A stretch of 64,000 nucleotides of DNA from Azolla caroliniana. Lineage: Eukaryota; Plantae; Polypodiophyta. The stretch covers positions 20,708,001 to 20,772,000 of the forward strand of contig JBHGNT010000001.1 in NCBI GenBank assembly GCA_043228905.1. The letters are read 5' to 3'. Each line of letters starts with the position of its first letter. Position 1 is the first letter of the stretch. Positions 1-12,874 of this stretch are shown here, piece by piece. Made by a program: the position numbers and the translations under genes. Below the pieces are notes generated by a model that had not been told where the DNA came from, did no database searches, and saw only the letters and a program-made list of their open reading frames with translations.

Positions 1-2046
1 GCACAATAGTCTTCCAGCACATGGCAAATGATATATTCCGAGATATCTTGGATGTTTGTTTGATCATCTATTTGGATGATCTAATGGTTTATTCGAAGAC
101 CCAAGAAGAGCGTGATTTGCATGTACTGTTAGTACTAAAACGGCTTTGAGAACATGGTCTATGCAAAACTAGAAAAATGTAGTTTCAAGTACAACCAAGT
201 GGAATTTCTGGGCTATGTCATCTACTCGGAAGGCATCTCTATGGATCGAGCTAAGATCAAAACTGTGATAGAGTGGTAGACTCCACATTCGTTGCGAGAT
301 GAGCAATGCTTTTTAGGCTTTGCCAATTTTTACTCAAAGCTTATTCTGCCTCTCACACATCTTACCAAGAAGGGGCAGTCTTTTGTTTGGTCTAAAGAAG
401 CAGACATGGCTTTTGAGAGTCTTAAGATGGCATTCACATCAGCTCCTATTCTAGCTCATGTTGATCTGGCAAAACCTTTCATCATTGAGGCAGACGTGTC
501 AAATTTCGCCTTGGGTAGCATTCTTTGGCGATGATAAAAAGTTACATACTATGGCTTTCCACTCACACAAGTTTGACACCGCCGAAATCAACTATGAAAT
601 TCACGATAAAGAGCTATTAGCAATAGTGGACTCTTTTACACAATGGAGGCATTTTCTAGAGGGATCTTCTCATCAAGTTACCCTATTCAGTGATCACAGA
701 AATCTTGCCTACTTCCAGAATGTTCATGTATTAAATCAACGTCAAGCTCGGTGGGCCCAATTCCTCACACGTTTCAACTTCAAAATTACATATCCTCCTA
801 GGAAGCAACAAGGGAAGGCAAATGCATTATCGCGACGCTCGTATCTAGCATCGCGTTCCGGTGAGCTAGCATTCGATAACCAAAAGCAAGTAATCCTGGG
901 ACAAGCACGACTGCAAGCAACATGGGTTTTCGATATGCCATTGGATTCCCACATTATCGTTAAGTGAGGACTTGAAGACAAATGCTTTCGCTCAAGCCAT
1001 TGATCCCTCTCGGGCATCTTGTTCACAGTCACAACAACCAGGTACGGATTATCGACAATTCGAATGTCATGATGGATTACTATTCTTTAAGAAGCTCTTC
1101 TATGTTCCTAATGGTTCTTGTCGCCTTCGAGTAGTCCAAAATTGTCATGACACATATAACTGGGCATTTTGTTAGTACTAAAACATTAGATTTAGTACAA
1201 CAATCATTCTAGTGACCCCATATGCGACGATTTGTTGAAGATTATGTTCGAACATGTGATACATGTTGCAGAGCAAAGATGCCAAGACATCATCCATATG
1301 GTTTATTGGAACCATTACCAATTCCAAGCAAGTCGTGGCAATCCATTGCTCTAGATTTCATCACAGATCTTCAAGTTTCTAAGGGATTCGATGCAATCTT
1401 AACAATAGTAGATCGATATACGAAGATGGCCCATTTCCTACCATGTGCTAAGGAAATCACTAGTGAATAAACCGTTGAAACTGTCATGCGTGAGGTATGT
1501 CGGAATCATGGCCTCCCCGATAGTATCATCATTGACAATGGACCCTAGTTCGTCTCGAAATTCTGGAAGCACCTCTTCAAAATGCTCAAGTTCACTTGTA
1601 ACCTCTCCTCCGGCTACCACCCGCAAATAGACGGACAAGCAGAATGAACAAATCAAACGCTGGAACAGTATCTTCTGCGTTTTCTAAGCTATCACCAAGA
1701 TGACTAGGCGGATATTCTCCACTTCGCCGAATTTACATATAATAACTCTGTCCACTCATCGACTAAGGTTACACCATCTTATGCTTACACGGGCTATCAT
1801 CCCTAGTGGTGTGTATTTGAAACTCCGGAGTTACCCACAAATCCTTGTGCAGAGAGGTACGCAAGATACAGGCGGATTTATCTACTCATTTACAACAAGC
1901 TCAACAAACACACAAGGATTATGTGGATCGTCATCAGCTTCCATCCAGTTTTAATATTGGAGAATGGGTATGGCTATTACGATGACACATCAAGACAACT
2001 CGCCCATGCGATAAATTGGATTATCGGCGATTGGTTCCTTTCCGTA
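1..2046 (+). mobile_element. Degenerate Ty3/Gypsy chromovirus pol (RT, RNase H, integrase), 5' part; interrupted by the Copia at 2047
   Basis: RT IIYLDD near 65-80; RNase H '[12 protein letters not shown]' and '[13 protein letters not shown]'; integrase 'YVRTCDTCCRAK' and 'WQSIALDFITDL'. Many stops and frameshifts. Confidence 0.92.
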
Positions 2047-5000
2047 TGTTAAAGTTAATATGCGGAAGCGTATGACAAACCGGCTCAGGTGGATACCAAC
2101 ATAACATAGAGTAGAAGGTTTAATGGAGACCTTACACAGAGAATACATGGGAGAGACAGAGAGAACAGAACATAAACTCAATTCAAAAATAATAATCCTT
2201 TGTACATAGAATGTGCTCAAAGAGAAATTTTCTACAAGTCCATAAAGGACTGACAGGTACTTCAATGCTCATACGAGCGACTGACACTGACTCCCAAAAA
2301 TATGCCTACGTACTGAGCGGGATCCATAGGCCTCTAACGGCCTACTGGTTTCAATCCGATTCAGCTCCTGGTTCCGGATATCATCCGGTTCTCCATTCTA
2401 GATACTGACCCGGCTCTGGCTTATTCAGTCGATCCGGATCCGGTTGAGCTTGCTTGCTCAACACTCCCCCTCAAGCTCAACTTGAAGTCGAATCGTGGTT
2501 TCAATTTCTGTGGTAGCCGGTTCTTCCGTCCGACTCCTTCTGGCGTCCTCCCACCTCTCTCCTCGTCCGGTTCTATTCCGCTTCCTGTGACCCGTCCGGT
2601 TTTGCACTCCTCGACCTCGTTGGTCGGCTTGTCTGCTCAGCAAGCCCATTTCAGCTCCTTCGTTGCTATAATTCTGGTGCTTGTCCACCCATCGATTCCT
2701 CCATATCGGTGTCGACTTCCACAACCTTCTTGTCCGTTTGGCCTTTAGTTGATCCGGCTACTCCGAATCACATTGTTGAACCGAATCGGCTTCCTCCGAT
2801 TCGTTCCAGCTTTTTCCTGAATCTGTTGCCTCCGATTAGTTTCGGCTTTGTCCTTCTTGAGTCTGACGATGCTACCACTTGCTCTGACTTGTTCGGATGT
2901 GTCGACTCGGCTTCCTTTTTCTTCTTATCTCCCCCTGTCTTGGTTCGTTCCTCTTTCTCTGCGGCTCCTTGTCCGGTGCCATTACCCATTTCGGTTCCCG
3001 TTCTCCCCCTCAAGTGTGGCACGTTGAGATGCTAAATGTTGAGCATCTCCAAAAACTGTTGCAACTTGTTCGATTCGAGCGTCTTGGTGAAGATGTCGGC
3101 AACCTACCGATCCGTGTGAACATACTAAAGTTCAACTTCACCGCTCAGGACCCGCTCACGGACAAAGTGATAATGCACCTCTATGTGCTTTGTCTGAGCA
3201 TGGAATACAGGGTTCTTGGCGAGTTGTATGTTTCTTATGTTGTCGCAGTAGATTGGGGTTGGGTTCGGCACCTCGATCCGCAAGTCTCGCAGCAGTCGCC
3301 GAAGTCAGATGGCTTCACAAGTGGCAATGCTTGCGCCCCGGTATTCAGCCTCAGTACTCGACAGAGCCACTGTTGGCTACTTTTTGTTGCTCCGCACAAC
3401 AGCCGTGCTACCAAGAGAGAACATATAACCGGAGTTGGATCAACGATCTGATGCATCACCGGCCCAGTCGGCATCCGTATATCCGACTAGCTTCCCAATT
3501 ATACTATGTCGGTATAACAGTCCCCGGTCCTTCATGCCACTCACATATCGCAATAGTCAATGCGCGCACTGAAGGTGCTCCACTATCGTCTTCTGCATAA
3601 ACTGATTGATCACTCCGACCGGATAACTAATGTTGGGTTGGGTGATTGTCAAGTAGATAAGGCTTCCGAAAATTTGTCGAAACCGTTTCTCATTGCAGGC
3701 CGGTTCGGAGTCGAGACGTAGCTTTAGGTTCCAGTTCAAGGGTGTGGAGATCGGTCGGCATTCCGTCATGCCAAACTTGTATAGCATATTCAACACATAA
3801 TGGTGTTGTAAGAGCAATATGTCGTCCGGGGTTCGGATCACCTCGATCCCAAGAAAATAATGAAGCTCCCCCAAGTCCTTCATTTCAAATGTGTCCGACA
3901 ACTGGGACTTCACTCATCCGATTTCATCGAGTCCGGGTCTGGACCTTTCCAGATGAACAGTGAAGAGTCGGACTTTGAGGCCACAAACCCCATCTTACAC
4001 AACTGGTGCGTCATTTTTGCATTTTAAGCTCGGGGGGCTTGCTTCAGACCTTAAAGTGACTTTTTGAGTCGACACACCGTTGACCTGTTCAGCTCCAATT
4101 GAAAGTCGAAGGGTTGGATCATATAGACCAGTTCTTCAAGGTCACCTTGAAGAAACGCATTCTTCACGTCCATTTGGTGAAGATGTCATACCCTTGCCAC
4201 AGCAACAGCTAGTACCACACGAACCATCGTCATCTTCGCTACCAAAATGAAGGTCACGTCGTAATCGATTCCGTGGGTCTGTGCGTATTCCTTCGCCACT
4301 AACCGGGCCTTGTACCGGTTGACCAAACCGTCCGCATTGTACTTTACCTTATATACCCACTTACAACCGATCGGTTTACAATGACAGGGAGATTCAACTA
4401 GGTCCCATGTGTTGTTGGCATCGAGTGCCCGCATTTCTTCCTCCATAGCAGCACGCCAATTTGCATCTTTCGCTGCTTTTGTGTAGTGCTCAAGATCATG
4501 CACTTCCGCCACCTTGGTGATGTACACATAGTGATGCGCCATGTACTCATTGTACCGGTACCGTTTTACAGGGATCTTTTGGCAGGTTGACCGTCGCAAT
4601 TTTTGTACATCCGGTTTGAGGCCCTTCTTGGCTGGTTCAGACTTCGTTTCTAAAGTTCCGCCTTCATCCTTTCCGAAGTCAGATTCGCTCCGATCTACCC
4701 CTTCACTGCCAGTGTTGTATCCCGACATCTTCTTATTCCCCCCCTTCTCTTTGCACGTGAACCATCTCCTCGGTTTCTTGCGCGAGGAGAGCACGGCAGA
4801 GTCTCCACGACTCGTTAGTTCTTCATCTGAGTCCATCGTTTGGCCCGCTAAGCCAAAACAAGATCGGACTCTCTTCTAGAGTATAGAATTCCTCATCTTC
4901 TACCTGAACCTCTCCGGGTTCACTAGCCTCATCCTCCGGAATCGGGTCTTCGTCGGGAGTTGGAGTCGGTAGAGAGTACCATGATGCCGACTCATCAAAC

Positions 5001-7753
5001 TCGACATCTCGACTTACTCGAACATGTTTAGTCTGGGGGTTATAAAACTTATACCCCTTCTTTTCATGTGAGTAGCCGACGAGTATGCACTTCTCCAACT
5101 TCGGATCCAACTTCCTCTGCTTCTCATCCAGTACATGCACATATGCTATGCTACCGAATATCTGAAGGTGTCTCAAATTCGGCTTCCGCCCGGAATACAG
5201 CTCATCTACTGACATCTTATCTCCAATCCGGTTTTGGATTTAGACGCTCGTCCGGACTGCCTCATTCCAGTAGAACCTGGGCATGCTTTTCTCCTCCAGC
5301 ATTGCCCCTGCCGTGTCGATAATCAACCGGTTCTTTCTCTCGACCACACCGTTGAATTCTCTCCGAATTCCTTTTTGCTACAGATAACTGTTGAATTGGC
5401 AGGAAAAGTATTCTTTTCCGCCATTCGACTGTAGGCACTTGATCTTTCTTTCTGTTTCCCTCTCAACTAGGCTTTGTAGATTCCGGAAATAGTCGAAGAC
5501 TTCACTTTTCCTTTCAATGAGGTGGATCCATCTGTGCCGGTTGTAGTCGTCGATGAAGGAGACGAAATACCGACTCCCACCAAGACTAACATTATGTGCC
5601 GATCCCCAAAAATCCGAATGGATTAAGTCGAGCTTGTTACGGCTCCAGTTTTGTTTGGTGGGGAATGGAAACCGGTGTAGCTTCCTGAGTTGGCAAGCTT
5701 CACATATTTGGGCCTTCCGGCCACTGAATTTTGGCAATCCGAGAACAACCTGTTTCGATTGCAGGTCATGAAGCCTCCCGTAGTTGACATGGCCGATCCA
5801 CTTGTGCCAGAGATCGATGTCTGATTCATTCTTCTATCCCTTGGCAAACAAGGCGGTGCCTACGTCATTGGTGTTGAGGATGAACATCCTCCCATCCCTC
5901 CTCCCTTGTGTGATTATTCGGCCCTCTTCCTCAATGAATCACCTGAGGTGCGTAAACCGCACCTGCATTCCCTGGTCGACGGTTTGTCCGATTGACACCA
6001 AGTTCTTTGTGATTGTCAGAATGTGAAGTACGTTCATCAGCTTTCCCTTTTGTCTTACATGGCTTAAAGGGACTTCTTCGACATGCACAATTGGGTGAGG
6101 GGTGTCGTCTCCGGTTTCGACAATTCCCGGTTATTCCGGTTTCTCTAAAAACGAGAACCACACTTCATGGCTCCTCATGTGATTAGATGCTCCGGAATCA
6201 ACACACCACACTTCCTTTGATCCGGAAGTGGTCTTCTTCATCGAGTTCACGTTGTTCTTCATCACAAAGGTTGGCCCTTTACCGGTCTTCCCGGTTCCGG
6301 ATCCTTCCCATCCTTCTGCGTAGTGCAAGCTTTGCCAGTTTCCCTATCCTTCCTTGCCCGATCCGGATTTGTCCGAATCGGCGCGCTTCTTCGAGTACTC
6401 GTTTTCTCTGTGGCCTTTCTTGCCACAATACCAGCATTCCATGTCGGCCTTCCCTTGCCGGTTTCCGGCTCCGTTTTGACTCCCCCTACTGGTGGAGGGT
6501 CTGGGACTGTTGTGGAGACTATCTCGATGCCTTCGATTCTACTCTTGCCGGATGCCTCCATTGCGTGCCGACCCACCTCGTCCTCCACGCCCACGGGGCC
6601 GGTCCGCCTCCGTGTACAACATCTGATTGTCCGGTTGAGCGGTCCTCAACCCACTCGTGTGGTTTTCTTCAACCATCACCATCAATTGCAGGTCGAAGAA
6701 GGATGGTGGCTTCTCCCGAGTGTGGATCGCCGTCCAGATTTGCTCGTACCGTTGTGCTAGACCACCAAGGCAAATTTGTACCATTACATCTTCGTCCACC
6801 GTCACATTGATGAACCCGAGAGTGTCACAAATCTCCTTTATTTTGGTGGTGTACTCCGTAACCGACATATCTCTCTGCCAGATGTTGTTCGGCTCTTGCC
6901 AGAGCTGCAACTTACGGGCTATGGTACTTGCGGCGAAAATCTTCCGAAGATTTTCCCATGCCTCCTTCGGCGTTTTTGCATCCTTGATGTAGCCGAGCAT
7001 CTGATCGTGCACACAGGATGCGAGGCAATATAACACTATGATCACTCCTTGTTCCCAAGCCGGGAAGTCCTTGTGTGCCAGCTCCGGCGCTACATTGTTC
7101 GTTCCTTCCACATAACTCCAGTAACCATGCCCAGTAGGTATTGGTGCATTTTATATGACCAAGATCCATAGTTGCTCTGGTTGATCTTTTCTGTGGGAAG
7201 CGAAGTTGCCATACCTCTGTCCATCTTGGTTCTCTTCTGTTATTCATCGGGTGTTATGGTTTGTCTTCAAAAGCGTATGTCGGCTGCAGAGGAGTCTCAA
7301 CCCTTGCACTCTGATACCATGTTAATGTTAATATGCGGAAGTGTATGACAAACCGGCTCAGCCGGATACCAACAGAACATAGAGAAGAAGGTTTAATGGA
7401 GACCTTACACAAAGAATACACGGGAGAGATAGAGAGAGCAGAACATAAACTCAATTCAAAAATAATAATCCTTTGTACATAGAATGTGCTCAGAGAGCAC
7501 TTTTATACAAGTCCATAAAGGACTGACAGATACTTCAATGGTCATACGAGCGACTGACACTGACTCCCAAAAATATGCCTACGTACTAGGCTGGATCCGT
7601 AGAGGCCTACCGTTTTCAATCCGATCTAGCTCTCAAATCCGGCTCCTAGTTCCAGATATCATCTGGACACCGATTCAGTTCTCCGTTCCGGATACCGATC
7701 CGGCTCTAGCTTATTCATCCGATCCGGATCCGGTTGAGCTTGCTCGCTCAACA
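2047..7753 (-). mobile_element. Full-length but degenerate Ty1/Copia LTR retrotransposon
   Basis: LTRs 2047-2463 and 7320-7753 (TG..CA); TSD CCGTA at 2042-2046 and 7754-7758; tRNA-iMet PBS (TGGTATCAGAG) at 7309-7319; PPT at 2464-2475. Domain order gag, protease (VDSGASNHM), integrase, RT (CKWVYKVK), RNase H, with stops and deletions. Confidence 0.96.
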
Positions 7754-7758
7754 CCGTA

Positions 7759-8109
7759 TTATCAGAAAAATTAATGATGTCACTTTTCGTCTCAATCTAC
7801 CTCCACAACTACGGATAAATTCAGTATTTCATAGTTCTCTTCTAGAACCCTATTAGGACAGCACTATCCCAAGTCGTATCAAACCACCTCCATCTCCGAT
7901 CGAACTTGAAGATGGACCTGAGTACGAGGTTGTCGTCATCCTCGATTCCAAGATTGTTCACAACAAGCTCTACTATTTGGTCGATTGGCTAGGATATAGC
8001 CCTAGCGAGCATAGTTAGGAACCAATAGAGAATGTGACTAATGCTCATGCTCTTCTTGAAGACTTCCACAAAACGACTCATAACACTCATCTTTTTAAAG
8101 GGGGAATAG
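7759..8109 (+). mobile_element. Continuation of the chromovirus: integrase C-terminus with chromodomain, then PPT
   Basis: Translation near 7905-8050 'ELEDGPEYEVVVILDSKIVHNKLYYLVDWLGYSPSEHS*EPIENV' is a chromodomain. Purine tract AAAGGGGGAATAG precedes TGTCA at 8110. Confidence 0.9.
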
Positions 8110-8409
8110 TGTCATGATATGGCAAGATTCAAACCCATGACCTTATGTTACATGGGTCATGCCCTTTCCATTAGACTATACATTGTAATACGAAGGATAT
8201 TATTTTCATTTATTATTTCACTATAGAAAATTGATGTATATTTCCAAATTTCTCTAGAACATTCTAGAAACTTTAAGAGTACTCTTGAAAACACTATAAA
8301 ATGAGGCACAAGGCATTATTTCGAACCAAATTGGTTTAATGCCAGTCTTAAGCCTCATAACTATTCTTGTACTTACTCTTCATATAATATAATATATCTT
8401 TTGTTTTCA

Positions 8410-8489
<80 letters not shown>

Positions 8490-8990
8490 TCTCTCGTGAC
8501 CATTCCATTGCTTCCATGCGACTTAGCTTGCACGCATTGAGATGTGAGACGGGGCGTTGGGGCACAACTGATGAGAGTGGCCAACTATGCACACTTTTCC
8601 CTAAACAAGTTCGAGAGTCTGAGTATCACACTTTGATACAATGCTCTGCTTTTGATCATATTCGACCATACTTTCCACATGTCTTTGATCGAGCCCAATC
8701 CTTGCACAAATTTCTCTCACAACCACGATGTGCACTCTCGATTGCAACATTCATTGGTGAAGTTCTTGAACATCAAGAGTTGCAACTGACCTTCACACGT
8801 ATCATGTGAAATGTAATATTTTTGGTCTCATAGGTCATATTTGACCTCCGAAGACGATGATATAATCTATCTATCTATCTATCTATCTTCTCTTTCTCTC
8901 TCCTTCTCTCGTGAGTTCTACACCCTTTTCTCTCTCTTAGTACTAATTTGCATATTTTAGTACTAATTCCCTCTCTGTCTTAGTACTGTT
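8110..8990 (+). repeat. 3' LTR of the chromovirus (right boundary approximate); contains a (CT)n tract and a LINE insertion
   Basis: Starts TGTCATG directly after the PPT; TATA-like TATAAAA near 8295; (CT)n at about 8415-8486. Confidence 0.6.
8500..8887 (+). mobile_element. 5'-truncated non-LTR retrotransposon (LINE ORF2 C-terminal Cys/His domain, 3' UTR, (CTAT)n tail)
   Basis: ORF 8516-8809 'RLSLHALRCETGRW...LCTLF...ESEYHTLIQCSAFDHIR' resembles a LINE ORF2 C-terminus. Tail (CTAT)n at about 8867-8887. Duplicated CTTCTCTCGTGA at 8488-8499 and 8903-8914. Confidence 0.8.
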
Positions 8991-8995
8991 CCAAA

Positions 8996-11900
8996 CAGTT
9001 CTCTACCATAGCGAGCAATTCGGAAAAGACCGAGTACACCCGATCTTTGCTTCTGAAAAAGCCCACACCTTTCGAGTCAAGTCATCGATAAAATAGACGG
9101 AGTACAAAGCACCGCCGAGAGACTAATGTGGCATACGGCCACAGACGTCCGGGTGGACTAAATCGAGTGGACTTGATTCTCTCAATGAGCTCATCAGGTG
9201 TGAGGTGGTTATCTATTTGCCATAATAGCAATGCTCGTAGAATTGATGATCAGAGAATGAGATTGTGGGGATGTATCCCACTCTAGATAAATGTGTGATG
9301 TCGGCCTTGCTAAGGTGTCTGAGTCATCTATACCATAATGATGACACAGGAGGGAATATCAACTAGGAATAAGTCACCCTCTCTGAGTGTGACATATAGC
9401 GGGTACAGAGAATGTACTTTCGGTCCTCAAGCAAGCATGCGGTTCCCCTATGGAATGTCCACCCTCCTGATGAGAAGCCGGCACAAATGTCGTCTTCATC
9501 CAATTGTCCAACTGAGATCAAAGGTCTTGAGAGCTCAGGTACATGTCAAACATTGTTTAGTAATAATGTAGAACCACCTAGGAGATTGAGTTCTATAGTG
9601 TCGATTCCAATGATAGCACAGTGTTGCGAGTTTCTGACTCATACTAACTCAAAATGTCGGGCCGAATATTGCCGAAACTGGGATTTGTGAGGGGTCACAT
9701 GGTAGGAGGCACCCGAATCCAAGAGCCATGTGCTCGATTCCTCAGTCGTAAGCAAAACTTCTAATTCAACTGGATTTTCAATGGATAGTATGTCCGGGTC
9801 GGTTGACATTAATTCAGTTGAAGAGCCGACATAATTGACCTCCTCATGCCGGCCACTCTTCTGATCAGCTCGTTGAGCCTTATCATTCTTGGCTTTGAGT
9901 GCACGGAAATTGGCTTTGATGTGCCCAGGTTTCTTGCAGTAGTTGCAGATTCGGTTGTCCCGGGACTTGCTCCGACTTCGTTGGTTGTTCGGCTATCAGG
10001 AAGAACTTCTTCCTCGATTTTTCGGTTGGTCAGCCGAACCTTGTAATACATAAGCTTCATCTGTCAAGTCTTTTGCAAACGATTTCCTCCGAGCTACCTC
10101 AGTCAGTATTATGCTCGTGACTTCGGAGTACTTCACAACGATAGTAGAAGCATTGCACATGGTTGTGATGAAAGTTTCCCATGAAGGGAGGAGGCTACTC
10201 ATGAGCAACATTGCTCTCAGTTCATCTTCGACTTTCGTCCCCTGAGCCGAATCTGGGAGCTTAAACTTTCGTACTCATTTAGGTGTGCTTGGACCGAGTC
10301 AGATTCTTTCATCCGCAGGTTGTAAAGGCGTCAAATCAAATATATGTTTGTGGCGGCGACCTTCTTCTCATAAGTGTTTAACAATGTCTTCCATAGTTGA
10401 AAGGCTATCGAACACGATTGCACTGTGAAGTACACTAACTCCGACAGGTGCATCCGAATGGTGGCTTGAACAATTCTATCCAGTTTCATCCACTCATTCT
10501 TCTTGATTCCTTCTGTAGGGTTTTCATTCTCGATTGGATCTATCTGATCTTTGACTATCTGATAATCTTGCATCTTCTCCTTCTAGAAGTTGAAGTTTGA
10601 TCCGTCGAACTTCCTTAGACTCATCTCTAATGAGACGGATGTCGATGCCATCTATGTTGGCTTGTTAGACTTTGTTCGAAGTTGACTACAAACGGTGGTG
10701 GGATGCAGTCGATTGGCTCACCTGATATCGTTTTAGCCGGATTCGTACACAAGTTGAATCAGCTTCCAAGTTGGGAAAATCGAATCTGTCGATTTGATTC
10801 TGATGCCGATTTCGAGATGTCGATCACAAATTTTGTGCCAATTGTCCAGGCCAATCCTGCTTGGGGTGACTACAACAATCAAAGGGACTGAGCCGACTAG
10901 TCCTCCTGAATGTCGTTCAACCGAATGAAGCATGGAATGGGGTTGTTCCCTAGGGTTGGATCTGCTTTGAGTGGTTACAACAAATGAGTAGATAGTGTCT
11001 AACCTTGTAAAGCACGACCAAGGCCGATTTGATAGAGATTCCACTTTGAGCGGTTGCAATCATAGAAGCAAGGTGCTGCCAACTCGCTTACCTTGAGAGT
11101 GATCTAGCTCGGTAGAGTGCAAATCTTCTGTTTTCTTTCTCTTTGCAAGATTAGATCTTGAACTCATGTTCTTCAAGGGAGACGAAGTTACAATGTTGTT
11201 GAAGACTGATGACGGTTGGCAACGAGTTGAAGAACCTCTCCTCTGATACCAAATGTTGGGAACAGAGGCCGTTAGTGCGGAACATCAACAACACAATAAG
11301 ATGAAGGTCGTTGAGTTAGCATGTGTAAGCAAGATACAACAAAGAATCTGAGACAAAGAGACAAAGAGACACACAATGTAATAGTATTATCCAGAATCGT
11401 TACAATACAATGGAGGCGATGCTCTCTAACAATGGCAACAACAACCTTATGAGCTAGGTTACGAAGGCCTTTATATACCAACTGGGCTAGGGTAACTACC
11501 CTTTGACATATTTACATAAATGTCCTAAAACCTAGATTGTCCAAGAGATTGTGTGAATACGGCCATTAGACACCCGTATTTGACATTATCCGTTGCTAGT
11601 GCTTTGTCAATCACTTGCTCTAGTGATTGATTCTTGAAATCGAACAAAGCTAAGTGGTTCGCAATGGTTCTCGGAGTGCCGCCAAGAGGGTGTCCTTCAG
11701 TTCATCTTCTGGAATAGGTCGTGCTACTTGGAGGCGAAGATTTTGAAATCTAATAACAAATTCTAGCACTATTTCATGGGCTTCTTGATAAGAAACATAA
11801 AATTGACTAATTAAGCCTTTCTATGGAATTTGTCGATGAAATAACTTGATGACCTTGGTAGTTAATTGCTCGAAAGATTCAAACGCCCTGCCCCATTTTG

Positions 11901-12168
11901 GGAATACCAATTCACCGACGGTCCATCGAGCGATAATACAAAGTCGGCAATCTTAGATTTATCTTCCTCCACTATCGACAATCAGTGTGCTACATGGTTC
12001 ACCTGCCATGTGAAAAAATCGTGCACATGCACTTCCGCATCAGCTCCATCATTATACTTAGAGTAGGGGTACGGCATTGTATTCTCCTCCCAAAGTCCGA
12101 ATCCATACCCTTGATCGGATTGCTCCTTGTTCGAACTACTGCTACTTAAATCAGGAAGTGCGCCCAAC
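8996..12168 (-). mobile_element. 3'-truncated degenerate Ty1/Copia (LTR, long leader, gag, protease, start of integrase)
   Basis: PBS (reverse complement) at 11241-11251; LTR about 11254-12168 (TGTTGGG..CCCAAC); gag 'LRKFDGSNFNF*KEKMQDY'; protease WLLDSGASYHVTP near 9690-9730; 'DLVHPDVCG' near 9140. Confidence 0.85.
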
Positions 12169-12874
12169 TCCCCCTCAACTGCTTGTTGATTCTAATTGAT
12201 AACCTCCGAACTTTCAGCAATACCACCTTCTACAAGTCGGGTCTCCGATCGCATGCGTGGTCTTTGGCTACCCACAATATGATTTGGACTCAATGGACTA
12301 GACAACATACATTCCTGTTGTTCTCTACCTATAGCGGATGTAACCGGGCGTGCCAAATTATTGTGTTGATCTGTCGACAACCGATTGTTGTAACTGATAG
12401 CCACAATAGGTCGAACGTTGACTCAAATGTTCTATCCAGAAGATTATGGTAGTGAAATAGATTGGTCGTCTCTAGACCTATACTCAGATATTGATACATA
12501 GAAAATACTACTATGATTAACAAGTACTGATGATTAACTATTCGTTATAATTAAGTAGCAGATATGGTATTTAGATGTTCGACACAGAATAGTTAGACAG
12601 TGAAACATAGAGTAGTCCACACACATATACACTAACTACTAAACTTAGATTAATCAAAATAGAACGATATGAATACAATGCTCTTGATCCTATTTTATAG
12701 GTAATCTGAGAGTCTTTTCCAAGAACATACACTTGGCTATTTGGCAAGATCCTACAACTAACTAACTCTTCTATTTCTAATTACTCTGTAAAAATACATA
12801 TTCGATTTGCCTTTTCACACTTGACCAACTCGACTCCAATTCTAACTCTACTCCGGGTATCCGACCGGCTACAT

